Below, one piece after another: positions 37,592-48,833 of a stretch of 64,000 nt of DNA; positions within the stretch are counted from its first letter, which is position 1; each line of letters opens with the position of its first letter. A program made the translations under genes and the position numbers. The notes beneath the pieces were generated by a model. The model searched no databases. It was given only the letters and a program-made list of their open reading frames with translations, and had not been told where the DNA came from. The DNA is from a virus (Duplodnaviria > Caudoviricetes), in IMG/VR virus record IMGVR_UViG_3300021387_000106, positions 1-64,000 of that record; one strand, written 5' to 3'.

Positions 37592-38428
37592 ATGGGATTA
37601 GTCATCAAGTCACCAAAGAAAGCGGCAGGAGAATATGCGAAGCACTCTGTAAGCATATATCGCAGATGCCCCAACCAGTGCCGATACTGCTTCCTTGACA
37701 AAGGAATCGGTAAAGGCACGTTAGGCTCTGGTAAGCCAGAGTTGCGCACTTGCTTCTATAATGTCGATGACGCAGTACAGAAGTTTGAGCGCGAACTGGT
37801 TAGGAATCGTGAGCAACTTATTGCGGACGGAGGCATATTCTTCTGCTTCATTACTGACCCCTGCCTACCCGACACCATTGAGGCAACAAAACGTTGTGCT
37901 GTTATTGCCATGAACGAAGGTGTGCCAGTCACTATCCTAACGAAGATGGCTGATTGGGTATATGAGCAGGAATATGTGGAATCCATTCTTGATACTGGCA
38001 AAGAGACTGGCTTGCTTTGCGTAGGCTTTTCACTTACTGGTCGTGATGATATGGAGCCAAACGCTTCAACAAATATTGACCGCCAAGCGGCAATGCACCT
38101 GATTCACGATATGGGTATCAAGACATTCGCCTCCATTGAGCCTATCATACAGTTCAATAAGTCTCTCGCTATGATCCGTGAGACGTTGGGCTATTGTGAC
38201 CTCTATAAGATTGGCTTGATGTCAAAATGCGGCAAAAGCTATTATGAAGTCGATGACTGCATAAAGTTCATTGAGAACGTGAATAAACTGATATGGAACG
38301 ACCAAAATTGCGCCAAGGTGTACTGGAAGGAAAGTATCAGAAAGTTCACGGACAATTATCTGAGCTTGGGCTTGCAGCCTATTTGTGTTGGCAGTGACTA
38401 CAATATCTTTGAAAGCGACTATCTATGA
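37592..38428 (+). CDS. Radical SAM protein (SPL-like)
   Basis: CPNQCRYC cluster motif, TDP, ILTK, EP.A....R, SIEPI. Confidence 0.85.
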   Translation: MGLVIKSPKKAAGEYAKHSVSIYRRCPNQCRYCFLDKGIGKGTLGSGKPELRTCFYNVDDAVQKFERELVRNREQLIADGGIFFCFITDPCLPDTIEATKRCAVIAMNEGVPVTILTKMADWVYEQEYVESILDTGKETGLLCVGFSLTGRDDMEPNASTNIDRQAAMHLIHDMGIKTFASIEPIIQFNKSLAMIRETLGYCDLYKIGLMSKCGKSYYEVDDCIKFIENVNKLIWNDQNCAKVYWKESIRKFTDNYLSLGLQPICVGSDYNIFESDYL

Positions 38429-39362
38429 AGCATTACGTTCATATTGCGTTTGAAATGCCATTCCCTGATGGTTCAAAGTCAAAAGGAGATACATTGATAA
38501 TCCTTAAAGACCTTCCTATCTGCAAACTAAGAGAAATGTTGAAGTTTGAAATGGAAAGAGTAAAAGGAATGGAAACGGAATCAAATCCAGTTATTACGAG
38601 TTTGAATGAAATATCAGAAGACTTGTATAATCAACTTATGGAGATTAAGGGCGAATCGAATGTGGATGTCCAGGAATGTGATGAATCTGTAATTCGTGAG
38701 TTGAATCGACGTAAATCTCATATAGTCAAAGACGCTGCAACCGAACATGAAAACAAGGGCGGTGGTCGTTCTTCTTTTAGTTTTGTTTGTGGTGCTGAGT
38801 GGGCTTTCAATAAAATCAAAGAAGAGATTGAATTTTCTATCAGAAACGGACTCAAAGCCCAACTGAAATACCTCAAAACATTCGTTGAAAACAGATTGGA
38901 CGAAATAAAAAGATTATGATTTCTAAGGAAGAATTTGATAGGATTGATGAAGAGTATGCAAAGCATCATCAGAAAGCGTTCGATGAAGCGTTTGCCTTTC
39001 CAAAGACTTACGTTTCTGCTGATGTCGTGTCTTGCTATTCTCCATTTCCTGTTCGTCAGAATGGCGACTTAAAGCCACTAAGACACAAATTCTTCCTCTC
39101 AGACGCACAGAAGAAAGAGTTAGAAGAAATGATGAAACCATTCAATGAAAGAATTGAAAATCATTTAATCCTCTCGACGGATAATCCCGACCCGAATTCA
39201 TGGCTAAGGAACTTTATACAAGACGATATGAAACCAGAAACAAAAGATAAGATACTCTTCAAGTTCGGTGAGTTCGTTGGTACTCTCTCGAAAGAAGAAA
39301 AACTCTCGTACAATCATATTATTGGTGTGTTACTCGACTTTATTGAACAAAACCCAAAGTAA
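38425..39362 (+). CDS. Two hypothetical proteins (38425-38919, 38916-39362)
   Basis: ATGA-overlapped ORFs. Confidence 0.55.
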
Positions 39363-39532
39363 TGAAGACTGACTTATATATTGGCAAGCATCTCAGCCTC
39401 CACTTCACAATAATGTGCAATGGTTGGGAGTTTCACGTCATGCCATTCTTCGATGTAATGCAAGACAGAATCCTTTGCGGTTGGCTCTGCTTCACAGCTC
39501 AGTATAGTTATAAAAGAAATATGGAATAAGGT

Positions 39533-40380
39533 ATGAAAGCAACGGAATTAATGATTGGTGATTTGGTGCGTATCACAGAACCAGATAGATACGCTGGCGC
39601 ACCTTGCATAATAAGGTCTTTGATGTACCACCAAGAAGATGATGGTGCATATTTCCATGTATTCATAAACGGAGGTGCAAAATTTGGCTTCACATCAAAA
39701 GAAGTGTTCAGTGAAGACTTAGAACCGATAGCATTAAGCCGATTGCACCTTATTAAGAACGGATTCAAGGCGATTGATGTTGAAGATACGATTTTCGTGT
39801 ATAAGGACAACTCTTGCACGATTAAGGCTATCTTCAAAATTGGTGTTCCTGAAATGTTAGTTTCGTCTTCTATTATGTTGCAAATCGAAGGAGCTGATTT
39901 CGACTTGTGCAAAGGAATCGAATCGGTTCACGAACTGCAACACATACTCAGGTTATTCGATATTGAAAAAGAGATAGTATTATGAAAGCAACAGAAGTTA
40001 TGATAGGTGACATAGTAACTTACGAATGTCGCCTTGCGAAAGTGATAAACATTGCCAACCGCAACTACAAGGAAGCACCAACCAATATTAGCATACAAGA
40101 CTATAACGGCAACGTGCAGCACCCTTGTTGGGATGAACTGGTTGAGCCAGTACCTATCACTGAAAGTTTCCTCAAAAAGAACTTTGAGAAAAAGACATTT
40201 TACGGAATTTATGATGACTACTTTGATTTCAGCATCCATGCGTTTAACGATGGAATGTATATCGTTAATTACCATTGCTGTGAAATGAATTTGCCTGACG
40301 AATCTATAATGGTATGCTTTATTCATCAGTTGCAACATTTTATGAATCATTGTGGAATTAACAAAGAACTTGTAGTATGA
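39533..40380 (+). CDS. Two tandem paralogs of the 'MKATE.MIGD' family (39533-39985, 39982-40380)
   Basis: Shared N-terminus MKATE(L/V)MIGD and C-terminus H(E/Q)LQH.....I.KE.V. Confidence 0.7.
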
Positions 40381-40787
40381 GAGAAATAAAGTTCAGAGCA
40401 ATTAGCGAGTGTAGAGGCGAAGGTTGGGTTTACGGCGACCTTCGCCACTATGCCCGCAATCCACATACAGAGAAATGGACTATCTACGACCCCGCAACTG
40501 GAATAGAAACGGATATAGTAGAAGATACCATAGGACAGAAGGTTTGGCATCCAAGAAATTGCGCTGAACTTTACGAGGGTGATATTATCGGATTCGATGA
40601 TTGGGCTTTCACATCAAGAGAGCGAAAGAAAATGCGTCATCATGTAGGCGTTATCGAATGGAACCAGGAATACGGACATTACCACGTTCGCTGTGAAGAT
40701 GGTATCTATGTAGGCAACGACATTGCTGACCCACAACTATTAGGCAACATCTATGACAACCCAGAACTCATTGAAGCACGGCACTAA
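40377..40787 (+). CDS. YopX family protein
   Basis: MREIKFRA...WVYG...YEGDII...GNIYDNPELI. Confidence 0.88.
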   Translation: MREIKFRAISECRGEGWVYGDLRHYARNPHTEKWTIYDPATGIETDIVEDTIGQKVWHPRNCAELYEGDIIGFDDWAFTSRERKKMRHHVGVIEWNQEYGHYHVRCEDGIYVGNDIADPQLLGNIYDNPELIEARH

Positions 40788-41289
40788 GGAATACTGGAGA
40801 GATTGGTACTGGAATCGTGGAGGTCGCGAGAAAGTCCAAGCCAAAAGGTATATCAGAGAATACGAGAGATTTAAAAGCAAGAGAAATGGATAAGGAAAGA
40901 CCAAAGACGAAGATTCTGAAAATTAATGCTATCATACTCGATGGTGTAGTTTTTGAACTGGTTAAACCCAAAATCGAAAGTTGCAACAAGTGTGACTTAG
41001 ATGAATTCTGCAATAAATTTAAGGAGCCACTTTGCGATATGCTTGCAGGTGGCGACAAAGGATTGATATTCAAGAGAACATACACTATTGAAAAAGAACA
41101 AGATGATACCGATTCATAAATTATGCTCAAAGATTCTGAAAGCAGTAAGCGAAGGAAACGAGGTTTATGCACACATATTCTTTGAACGCTATAATATTCC
41201 TATTAGTGTACTGGCTCATGCTGTGATATTACTCAGGAATAGAAAACTTATCAAATACGAACATTTCAAAATTAAAGAATATAAATGAT

Positions 41290-41814
41290 ATGAGAGAGAT
41301 TATTTTCAGAGCAAAGGTATTGCACCCTAAGACAAAGTTGGTCTTAGGCAGTAAATGTGTAGATGGAGAATGGATTGAAGGTGAACTGCACGTCAAGACA
41401 CCAATTCCTCATATTCATATTGACATCAGCCATAAAGAACCAATAGACATCAATACTATTGGCGAATTCACTGGATGCGTAGATAAGAATGGTAAGCGTA
41501 TCTTTGAAGGTGATGTCGTTAATTTCTACAAACTAACAAGCAGTCATTCAGACCCTTACGAAGAACCTGAATCATACATAGAAGAATGTGTAGATGTCGT
41601 AGTTTATGTAGGTGGTGGATTCTGTTTGAAAGAAGAAAATGAATATAATGTTAAGTGGCTGACCGATGATTACAGAGTTGTAAACCCCGACCCTAAATAC
41701 TTCGATTATACTACAAACCTCGACGATTTTCCATTCATCAAGAACGAAAACGATTTATGGTATGGAGAGGTAATAGGTAACATCTATGACAATCAAAAAC
41801 TAATTGACGAATAG
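41290..41814 (+). CDS. YopX family protein
   Basis: MREIIFRAK...FTG..DKNG..IFEGDVV...EVIGNIYDN. Confidence 0.88.
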   Translation: MREIIFRAKVLHPKTKLVLGSKCVDGEWIEGELHVKTPIPHIHIDISHKEPIDINTIGEFTGCVDKNGKRIFEGDVVNFYKLTSSHSDPYEEPESYIEECVDVVVYVGGGFCLKEENEYNVKWLTDDYRVVNPDPKYFDYTTNLDDFPFIKNENDLWYGEVIGNIYDNQKLIDE

Positions 41815-41861
41815 AGATTATATAAAGCTAATAGGAAAATTAAACAAGATGAAGTAGCAAT

Positions 41862-44800
41862 ATGAAAAAGATTTGGCAAAAGATTAAAAGACTGCCTTTT
41901 ATCGTACCTTTCTTTCGTGCAAGGCATCCGATAAATAGCACTTGCGGCATTTGTGGGCTACCATGGCCGAGTTGTAAGCCATCCCATACAATTGAAATGG
42001 TAGAGTGTAACGATGAACATAGTGGTAGTGGTTTCTTTCCTGTTTGCGAATATTGTTGGCAACACGCAGAACTTGGCGAAATACTTATTGCTGTGCGTAG
42101 GCTTCATAATGAGTGGCTTCAACAAGATTGTGAGCCATATAAGATTGAAGATATGATAGACAAAACGATCCATGACTATAAAAAAAGAGAAAACGTATGA
42201 TAGAGCAGATTAAAACAAAAATACAAGAGATTATTGAAAATCATCGTAACCTCCAAAAGAATGTCAAATCATTCAATCATGATTTGGCTATGGTATTGCA
42301 GGCATTGATAGACGAAGATATGGAAATTCTCTCTATCATTGAATCCTTGCAAAAGGTACAGACAAGCAGATTGTGGCATGATTCTAATAAAGAACAACCA
42401 AAGCAAGGTTCTGATGTTGTAATTGTTAATGGTCGAACTGGAATTATTTTGTCTAATATTGTCAAAGTAAGTCCTAATCGAATTTGGGCGTACCTTGATG
42501 ATTTACTTAAATTAGAGGAAATTTCCCCAAAACTTCCCCTAATTTCCCCAAAAGAAGAACTTAAACAGAAACCTTTTAAGGTGAAAAAAGGGGAGTGGTA
42601 TGTGTGCATCAAAGACTACCACGATAAGAACTGTACATTTACAAAAGGCAAGAATTATAAAAGTGACAAAGACGGCTTTATTATTGACGATGAAAATAAA
42701 AATACTTTTGAGCGTAAAATATGGGAAGAAGATGCTTGTGAGTATTTTCGTCCTATAAAATGTATGTACGCCAAAGCCCACTACACTGACGAGGACAGAA
42801 GAGTCCTTTGTGATGGTTGCGATGAAGATTGCGAATTTAGCCAAAAGGAAAAGCCAGTAAGTAATGTACTGGATGAAGAACTTGGTAAAACTTAAACGGA
42901 TATTCAACAAATGAAGATAGAGCGTATATGTAAGAATTGTGAGAACTATGGCGGTGAAGGATTTTGCCTGCTTCATAGATATAATTTGGCGAAATGCGGT
43001 GAAAGGAAAGATGATTTCTTTCCAAGCCGTGAAGTATTGGAAAGAACTGGAAAGATAGTATGAGTACACAAATTGGTAGAAAATGCAAGACTTGTTCCTA
43101 TTTCAAAGGTAACTGGTGCTATTGGTTAGGCAGAAGTCGAAAGCCAGACCAATATGAATGTGAAGATGGATGGAATGACCCGAATCAAATAGAGAAATAG
43201 AATTATGAGACCTCATGTTAAATTCATGAATGATAGTCCTTACGGAGATTATCAAGAAGGAGATACTGGAATTGTTGATGGCTATGTAAGTGGCGGTGAT
43301 GGAGTTCCATGTGCAGTAGTTATAAAAGATAAATTTGATACATTTGTGTTAGCACCATTAAGTTCAATAAAACTAATATGAAAAAAGTATATCAAAGAAT
43401 AGTTGACCCACAAAGAGGCGATTGCTACAAATGCTGTATCGCCTCAATCCTCGGACTCGAATACGAGGACGTGCCTAACTTCATCGAGTTTGGCGAAGAT
43501 TGGCTTATAAAGGCTATTGAGTTTTTTAAGGAACACGGCTACAAATATGCAGCCGAATACCTTTACAACCCTAACGTTATATATTTGGAGAATCCAACTA
43601 TAAACGTTTATGAGGACGTTTCAGCATACAAGCCTAAGACGTTATCAGCTATCAAGCCTAATTACGGCATAGATGGCTTGTTTATGGCTTCTGTGTACTC
43701 ACCAAAGTACACTAATGCAAGTGAGCATCCTATTGAGCATTGTCATAGCGTACTTTGTGATATTAATTTTAATATCGTGTTCGATCCGAATCCTGAGTAT
43801 GAGAAAGTGATAAACTATCCATACTCTAAACTGATTGGCTATAATGGTATTCGTGGAATTGACGTAATTAAACCTCTCAAATAATTATGGAAAAGATTAA
43901 GATTGTACGAAGAGAGTTTTTTCAAAACGGCTGTTACTATACGTCTTATGACACATATCACGGATTTACTGGTATTCCGTCAACATGGCCGTTTATGACT
44001 AAGTGGATTCCTGATAAAGTAGGGATGACTGAGAATGAAATGCTACACTACATGAAGTCTTATCTGACTGTGGTTGGCAAGATTAAAGTAATCGTTAAAG
44101 GTGTAAGACAATGACTGATGCAGATTTAAAGAGCGAACTCGACAAATTGGAAAAAGCGTACAATTTCGAGTCTCAACAACTCAGAGAGAAGTTCAGAAAA
44201 CAGCAACAAGCCCTTCGTGATAAATGGGCGAAAGAAAACGCTCGTTTCAAGATTGGTGACATAATCAAAGCCGATGATATAATCATTGAGGTGGAAAGAA
44301 TACGAGGCTGTTTTGAATCGTTCTATAAGAATCCTTACGTTATGTATTTTGGCAAAATTCTTACCAAGGCATTAAAGCCAAGAAAGGATGAAAGCCGTAC
44401 CTCGACCTATGATGATGGCAGAAAAATAATCAAACTCAAATAAATATAATAAGGTATGTATATAAGCAATAAAGACGTTATTAACGCAGTGGCAGGAGTT
44501 ATCTATGCCATGCACCCCTACCACAATCCTGAGAATATCAATGATATTATTGAGGCGATTGAAAAAGCATGGAAAGAACGTGTTCCTGAGAAAGAAAAGA
44601 AGCATACGTTCAAGTTGATTAATTTCGAGGAATGGGTAGAACTGAAAGCATTTCTCCATGAAATCCTTTGGAACGTAGAAGCGTTTAAGCAACTGAACAT
44701 TTCTCGTAAGCTCAAAGACCTTGGAGTGAAAGATGCTGATGACGAACGTAACCAAGGAATCAGATTTACGGATAGACATTCGGTAGATACTGAGGATGGT

Positions 44801-45058
44801 CGATACACAGACTTTATAGACCTCGACGCTTGCTTGCAGAATGTCATTCGCCAAATAAGCGTACAGAAAGAAGCCGATGAAGATTGTTTCCTCTGTAAGT
44901 ATGCTGAAAGCTATGGCAGTATGAAACCCGGTGATGAACGTTGCGCTAACTGCCTCTGCAATCCTCAAATTAAATTCCTCAGAGAGCCGCATCCGATGTC
45001 ACTTAAACCTCGGAAAGACTGGACTCAGGAAGAGATAGAGAAATACGAATTACATTAA
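41862..45058 (+). CDS. Array of hypothetical accessory ORFs (41862, 42197, 43378, 43887, 44111, 44456)
   Basis: Tightly packed co-oriented ORFs; several Cys-rich; 43378 has GDCYKCCIASILG. Confidence 0.55.
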
Positions 45059-45061
45059 GAT

Positions 45062-45658
45062 ATGGATACAACACTGACAATTGAGCAAATCGAGCAAACC
45101 ATTTGCGGGCACCCGGATTCTCCTTATTACATAAGGCAGAATATCGTTGTTCCAAATGTTGATTGGGGATTCCTGAACCATGAGGCTGATTTGCTCATTG
45201 TCAATAAAACGAAGCGACTGATAGAAATAGAAATCAAACGTTCGTGGGCTGACTTCATGGCAGACTTCAAAAAGAAGCATACCCACTACGACCCAAAGTT
45301 AAGCTACTTCTATTATGCGGTCCCATATTCCATCAGTGAGCGTGTCTTTAACTGGCTTTACAAAGGAGAATATAAATGTACCAAATACGGATTCTCTTAT
45401 AACAAGTCCGTTGTTACTGATTATACAGAACATAACCCTCATAAATGCGGTTTGATTATCTATGGCAGTGAAAGCGAGACTGGCAACTGGAGATATGCCA
45501 CTTGTTGCTTGAATGTTGGCGCAAAGCGCATGAATGACTACCAAATATCCATTGAAGAGGAATTGAAACTATATCGGTTACTCAGTATGCGTATTTGGAA
45601 TCTAAAGAAAAAATTAGTAGAATACCAAGCAGAACCATCACTTTTCAAACTCAAATAA
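45062..45658 (+). CDS. PD-(D/E)XK nuclease-like protein (MmcB-like)
   Basis: EADLL......IEIEIKRSWADF.ADFKK...YFYYAVP. Confidence 0.7.
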   Translation: MDTTLTIEQIEQTICGHPDSPYYIRQNIVVPNVDWGFLNHEADLLIVNKTKRLIEIEIKRSWADFMADFKKKHTHYDPKLSYFYYAVPYSISERVFNWLYKGEYKCTKYGFSYNKSVVTDYTEHNPHKCGLIIYGSESETGNWRYATCCLNVGAKRMNDYQISIEEELKLYRLLSMRIWNLKKKLVEYQAEPSLFKLK

Positions 45659-46057
45659 CAATGATTCTATACATCTACTTTTTCGGTGTACTTTTAGCCT
45701 ATGCGACATTAATGTATGCAATTCGTAGGCATGGAAATAATACTTTGTTCCTTTTCATACCAAAAGAGCGAGTGCAGTTTCTATCACTATTTTCGTGGAT
45801 TGTAGTTTGTGGCTTTGTTGCTGCATGGCTCTACGATATGATTACATTCATTTATGTTTTTCTTCTATTCAAATATTTGCTATGGAAACAAAAAAAGAGA
45901 TCACAATGATACGAAACTACCCAAGTGAAGTTGGAAATGGGGAGTTTAAGAAAAAGGTAAATGAGTTCCTTAAAGCAGCCAACTTCAACGTAAAGTTTAA
46001 TGGTGACGATGTTATTGTATTCGCACAAAACCAAAAAATCGACAAGAGGTTCATTAA

Positions 46058-46102
46058 ATAAAAAAGCGGTTGTCCTCACGGATGACCGCCTCCCTTTTTT
46101 TT
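46058..46102. terminator. Bidirectional terminator between accessory and lysis operons
   Basis: A-run, gcggttgtcc-tcac-ggatgaccgc, T-run. Confidence 0.7.
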
Positions 46103-46126
46103 ACTAACTAATTTTAAACGTATGAA

Positions 46127-46678
46127 TCAGAAATTATATCCTGCACCAAAACCGATACCAGGTTGAACACCTTTAGGAGTCAGATATAAGCCTCCCTGCA
46201 AGCCAAAAGTCCATTTCTTTTTCCTCGTTATCGTTGTGGTTATATTATTGGTGATAATCTTACTTCTTACAAAAATACTATCCAATGAGGCATGATAACC
46301 ACTCACATAAGCGGTATAGCAACTATCCTCATAAATCTTCTGAGTAATAGGTATCTCGTAGGTTGAATCCGTCTCGGTAATATCCCCATCGGAAATAGTC
46401 TCAGGAATAGAGTCGGAACTAACCCCATTCTCAGAGATTAATTCCAACTTAGGTTTCTTAATCGGCTTCTTAACGCTGATTGTATTCACTTCTTTCTCAC
46501 TCACTGGCTTTGGATCAATAAAAGAGTCAGTCTTGATTTCCTCTTTCGTTTCCTTAACCACCTCTACCTTCTCAACTGGCTTAGCCTTGGCATCCCTATA
46601 CTGCTTGTAATTGAAGAATAGAGAAATGCCAAGACCAACCACCAAAAAGAGTATTACATAAAATACAGATTTCTTCAT
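46127..46678 (-). CDS. Lysis accessory (spanin-like) membrane protein
   Basis: N-terminal TM; IPITQKIYEDS.YTAYVSGY...LDSI; C-terminal beta-strands ending GYNF; follows the endolysin. Confidence 0.6.
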   Translation of the reverse strand: MKKSVFYVILFLVVGLGISLFFNYKQYRDAKAKPVEKVEVVKETKEEIKTDSFIDPKPVSEKEVNTISVKKPIKKPKLELISENGVSSDSIPETISDGDITETDSTYEIPITQKIYEDSCYTAYVSGYHASLDSIFVRSKIITNNITTTITRKKKWTFGLQGGLYLTPKGVQPGIGFGAGYNF

Positions 46679-47136
46679 ACCTTCATTTCTTGAATGTCTT
46701 TGTACTCCTCCATTGCTGAAAAACAAGGGCATAGTTTTATAAATTCTGATGGATCAATCTTTCCGTTATGGTTCTTATCGGGAGAAATATCCCTATGACC
46801 CATAATCTTTGCGTTGGGGTACTTCTTATGCAGCTCAGTAAGAACACGACGCAATTCTGCCTTTTGTGCATCAGTGCGGTTGTCAATACCATTTGGATGC
46901 TGCTTGTCAATACCACCAATCCATGCAATGTTTATCGACGTTGAGTTGTAACCCTTCACACCATTACTAACGTAATCCTCATGGAGAATCTGAGTAGTCT
47001 TACCTTCCTTGTCTATCAGATAGTGATAGCCTGGATAACGCCAACCCTTGCGCCTGAACTCTGCCAAAATGGATTGAACAGAAGCGTTTAAGGAACTGGC
47101 TGTGCAATGTACGAAAATCCTATTAATCGTTCTCAT
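46675..47136 (-). CDS. Endolysin, N-acetylmuramoyl-L-alanine amidase (Amidase_2)
   Basis: IFVHCTA, GYHYLI, NGVKGYN, I.GHRD, K.CPCF. Confidence 0.92.
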   Translation of the reverse strand: MRTINRIFVHCTASSLNASVQSILAEFRRKGWRYPGYHYLIDKEGKTTQILHEDYVSNGVKGYNSTSINIAWIGGIDKQHPNGIDNRTDAQKAELRRVLTELHKKYPNAKIMGHRDISPDKNHNGKIDPSEFIKLCPCFSAMEEYKDIQEMKV

Positions 47137-47188
47137 ATAGCATAATTATTTATTGGTTCTACAAAATCTTCTCCACAAAATTACCTTC

Positions 47189-47527
47189 TTAGAAATCGTC
47201 GCGGTCAAGAATAGTGCGAGACTCTTCTTTCTTGCGACCACGTTTTTTTCTCGGCGATACATCGGGCATGACTGGTTTACCATCGTTACCATACTGGCGT
47301 GTAAACTGATACCCAGCAACTAAGGCAGCACTCGCTCCTATCAGATACGGATATATCGTTATCCACCATTCGGGCATGATAGCACCCGACATCATGCAGG
47401 CTGAGTTAATACCAAGTGCAACCGTTGAGATAAAAGCACAGACCCATTGGACTCTCCTGAATACCTTTGGAGTCCGTGCTTTCCATCTGGATTTGGCTTC
47501 CTGCCACCACATCTTAATCTTCTTCAT
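47189..47527 (-). CDS. Holin-like membrane protein
   Basis: RWKARTPKVF, two TM helices, basic tail; start re-called at MKKIK. Confidence 0.6.
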   Translation of the reverse strand: MKKIKMWWQEAKSRWKARTPKVFRRVQWVCAFISTVALGINSACMMSGAIMPEWWITIYPYLIGASAALVAGYQFTRQYGNDGKPVMPDVSPRKKRGRKKEESRTILDRDDF

Positions 47528-47531
47528 AAGT

Positions 47532-47801
47532 TTAACCTTTGTCGATGATACATAATGTTGTGTTAATCTTAGCAACATTGACTTTAATCTCGTTGATACC
47601 TTCAAGAATCTCGTCAATCTTGCCAGAGTGGGAATCCACGCGGTTTTTCAAACTTTCCGCCAGCACCTCCAACACGGCAATACGCTTCTCCGCATTAAAA
47701 ACTTCGTCCTTTAATTTGTGAATCAGCGTAAAGTACGTGCCGAACACCGAAATCAGCACCGTAATGATGTACGGCCACAACTCATTAGCAACTGCTGACA
47801 T
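47532..47801 (-). CDS. Holin-like TM + coiled-coil protein
   Basis: N-terminal TM then heptad repeats. Confidence 0.5.
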   Translation of the reverse strand: MSAVANELWPYIITVLISVFGTYFTLIHKLKDEVFNAEKRIAVLEVLAESLKNRVDSHSGKIDEILEGINEIKVNVAKINTTLCIIDKG

Positions 47802-47813
47802 GATAGCAAATAA

Positions 47814-48287
47814 TTAATGAATGAAACAATAAGCAAAGATGGTAAGCATACAAGCAACCTCAACCCAGAAAAGGTTCTTGCTTCCATCCTTTGCAGCGAG
47901 AGTGTAACCAACGTATAAGAACCAAAGCAACAGCAAATGAGGGTGGTTGAAATATACCAACATCTGCGAAGCGAGTCCTGCAACGATGGCGGCGACGTTG
48001 TGCATGGTGTTCTTTTCATTGGCAAGCAACGGAGTAGCACCAACAGCACCAATTCCTACTATTGTAAGGAAAGCGAGAAATTCAGTCATTGGAGTAGCCA
48101 AATCTAAAAGCACGGGAGCCAAAAGAGCTGCAACGGCAAACATGACAGCACTGAATATCCACTTACCAGTAGTAGGTAGAGTGAATACCGTAGAGGAAAT
48201 ACTATTAGGTATCTCCTTGGTATGGTATATCATTGCCCCCACGTAGAGAGCAATGATAACCAATGCGATTACAACTAACAGAGTCAT
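47814..48287 (-). CDS. Multi-pass membrane protein
   Basis: About five hydrophobic segments, IPNSISST motif. Confidence 0.7.
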   Translation of the reverse strand: MTLLVVIALVIIALYVGAMIYHTKEIPNSISSTVFTLPTTGKWIFSAVMFAVAALLAPVLLDLATPMTEFLAFLTIVGIGAVGATPLLANEKNTMHNVAAIVAGLASQMLVYFNHPHLLLLWFLYVGYTLAAKDGSKNLFWVEVACMLTIFAYCFIH

Positions 48288-48290
48288 AGA

Positions 48291-48833
48291 TTATTCCTCC
48301 ACAGTTTCAGAGTTGTTGTAAGGGCTGAAATCGAAGTTGTCCTTGATAGTCCAACCTTCCTGATAGCAGGTCTCTATGTAAGCCAAGCCACCGAGATAGA
48401 ACTGAACCAGTTCCTCGAACGACTGGAAAATCTCGTAGAGAGCCTTTCCTTCTTCGTCCTCAGAAACTTTGTACTTCATGGGGAACGTTACGAGATTAGG
48501 ATATTCCTTGGCAGCATCGTGCTTTGCCTTGAAGTTTTCCTGATTCTCATTAGAGAGCCAAACCTTAACAGTCTTACCCTCGTCGTCACCATGAAGGATA
48601 GTCCACTCATAGCCATTGAGAATCTTTTCATCAGTCGTAGCGTTGATGTCGTCGATGATGGCTTTCTTGATTTCAGCAAAGTCAAGATGTGAACGCTGCT
48701 TTTTGTAAACATACACCTCAACCCACTCTGCATGAGTGTCATCAACCTCTGTAAGGTTGTAACTGATAACAATGCGGCTTGCGTCCTCTTTGAGGTAAGC
48801 AAATTCCGACTTCAAACCAAAAACCTTGTTCAT
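48291..48833 (-). CDS. Tail-fibre-associated protein (DUF4376-like)
   Basis: IN..TDEKIL.G...VWLS.ENQ.NFK...GW..KD..D. Confidence 0.55.
   Translation of the reverse strand: MNKVFGLKSEFAYLKEDASRIVISYNLTEVDDTHAEWVEVYVYKKQRSHLDFAEIKKAIIDDINATTDEKILNGYEWTILHGDDEGKTVKVWLSNENQENFKAKHDAAKEYPNLVTFPMKYKVSEDEEGKALYEIFQSFEELVQFYLGGLAYIETCYQEGWTIKDNFDFSPYNNSETVEE

Noticed and set aside
44372-44992. 206-aa minus-strand ORF and similar antisense ORFs across the window
   Set aside because: Antisense shadows of well-packed co-oriented genes, with no motifs.
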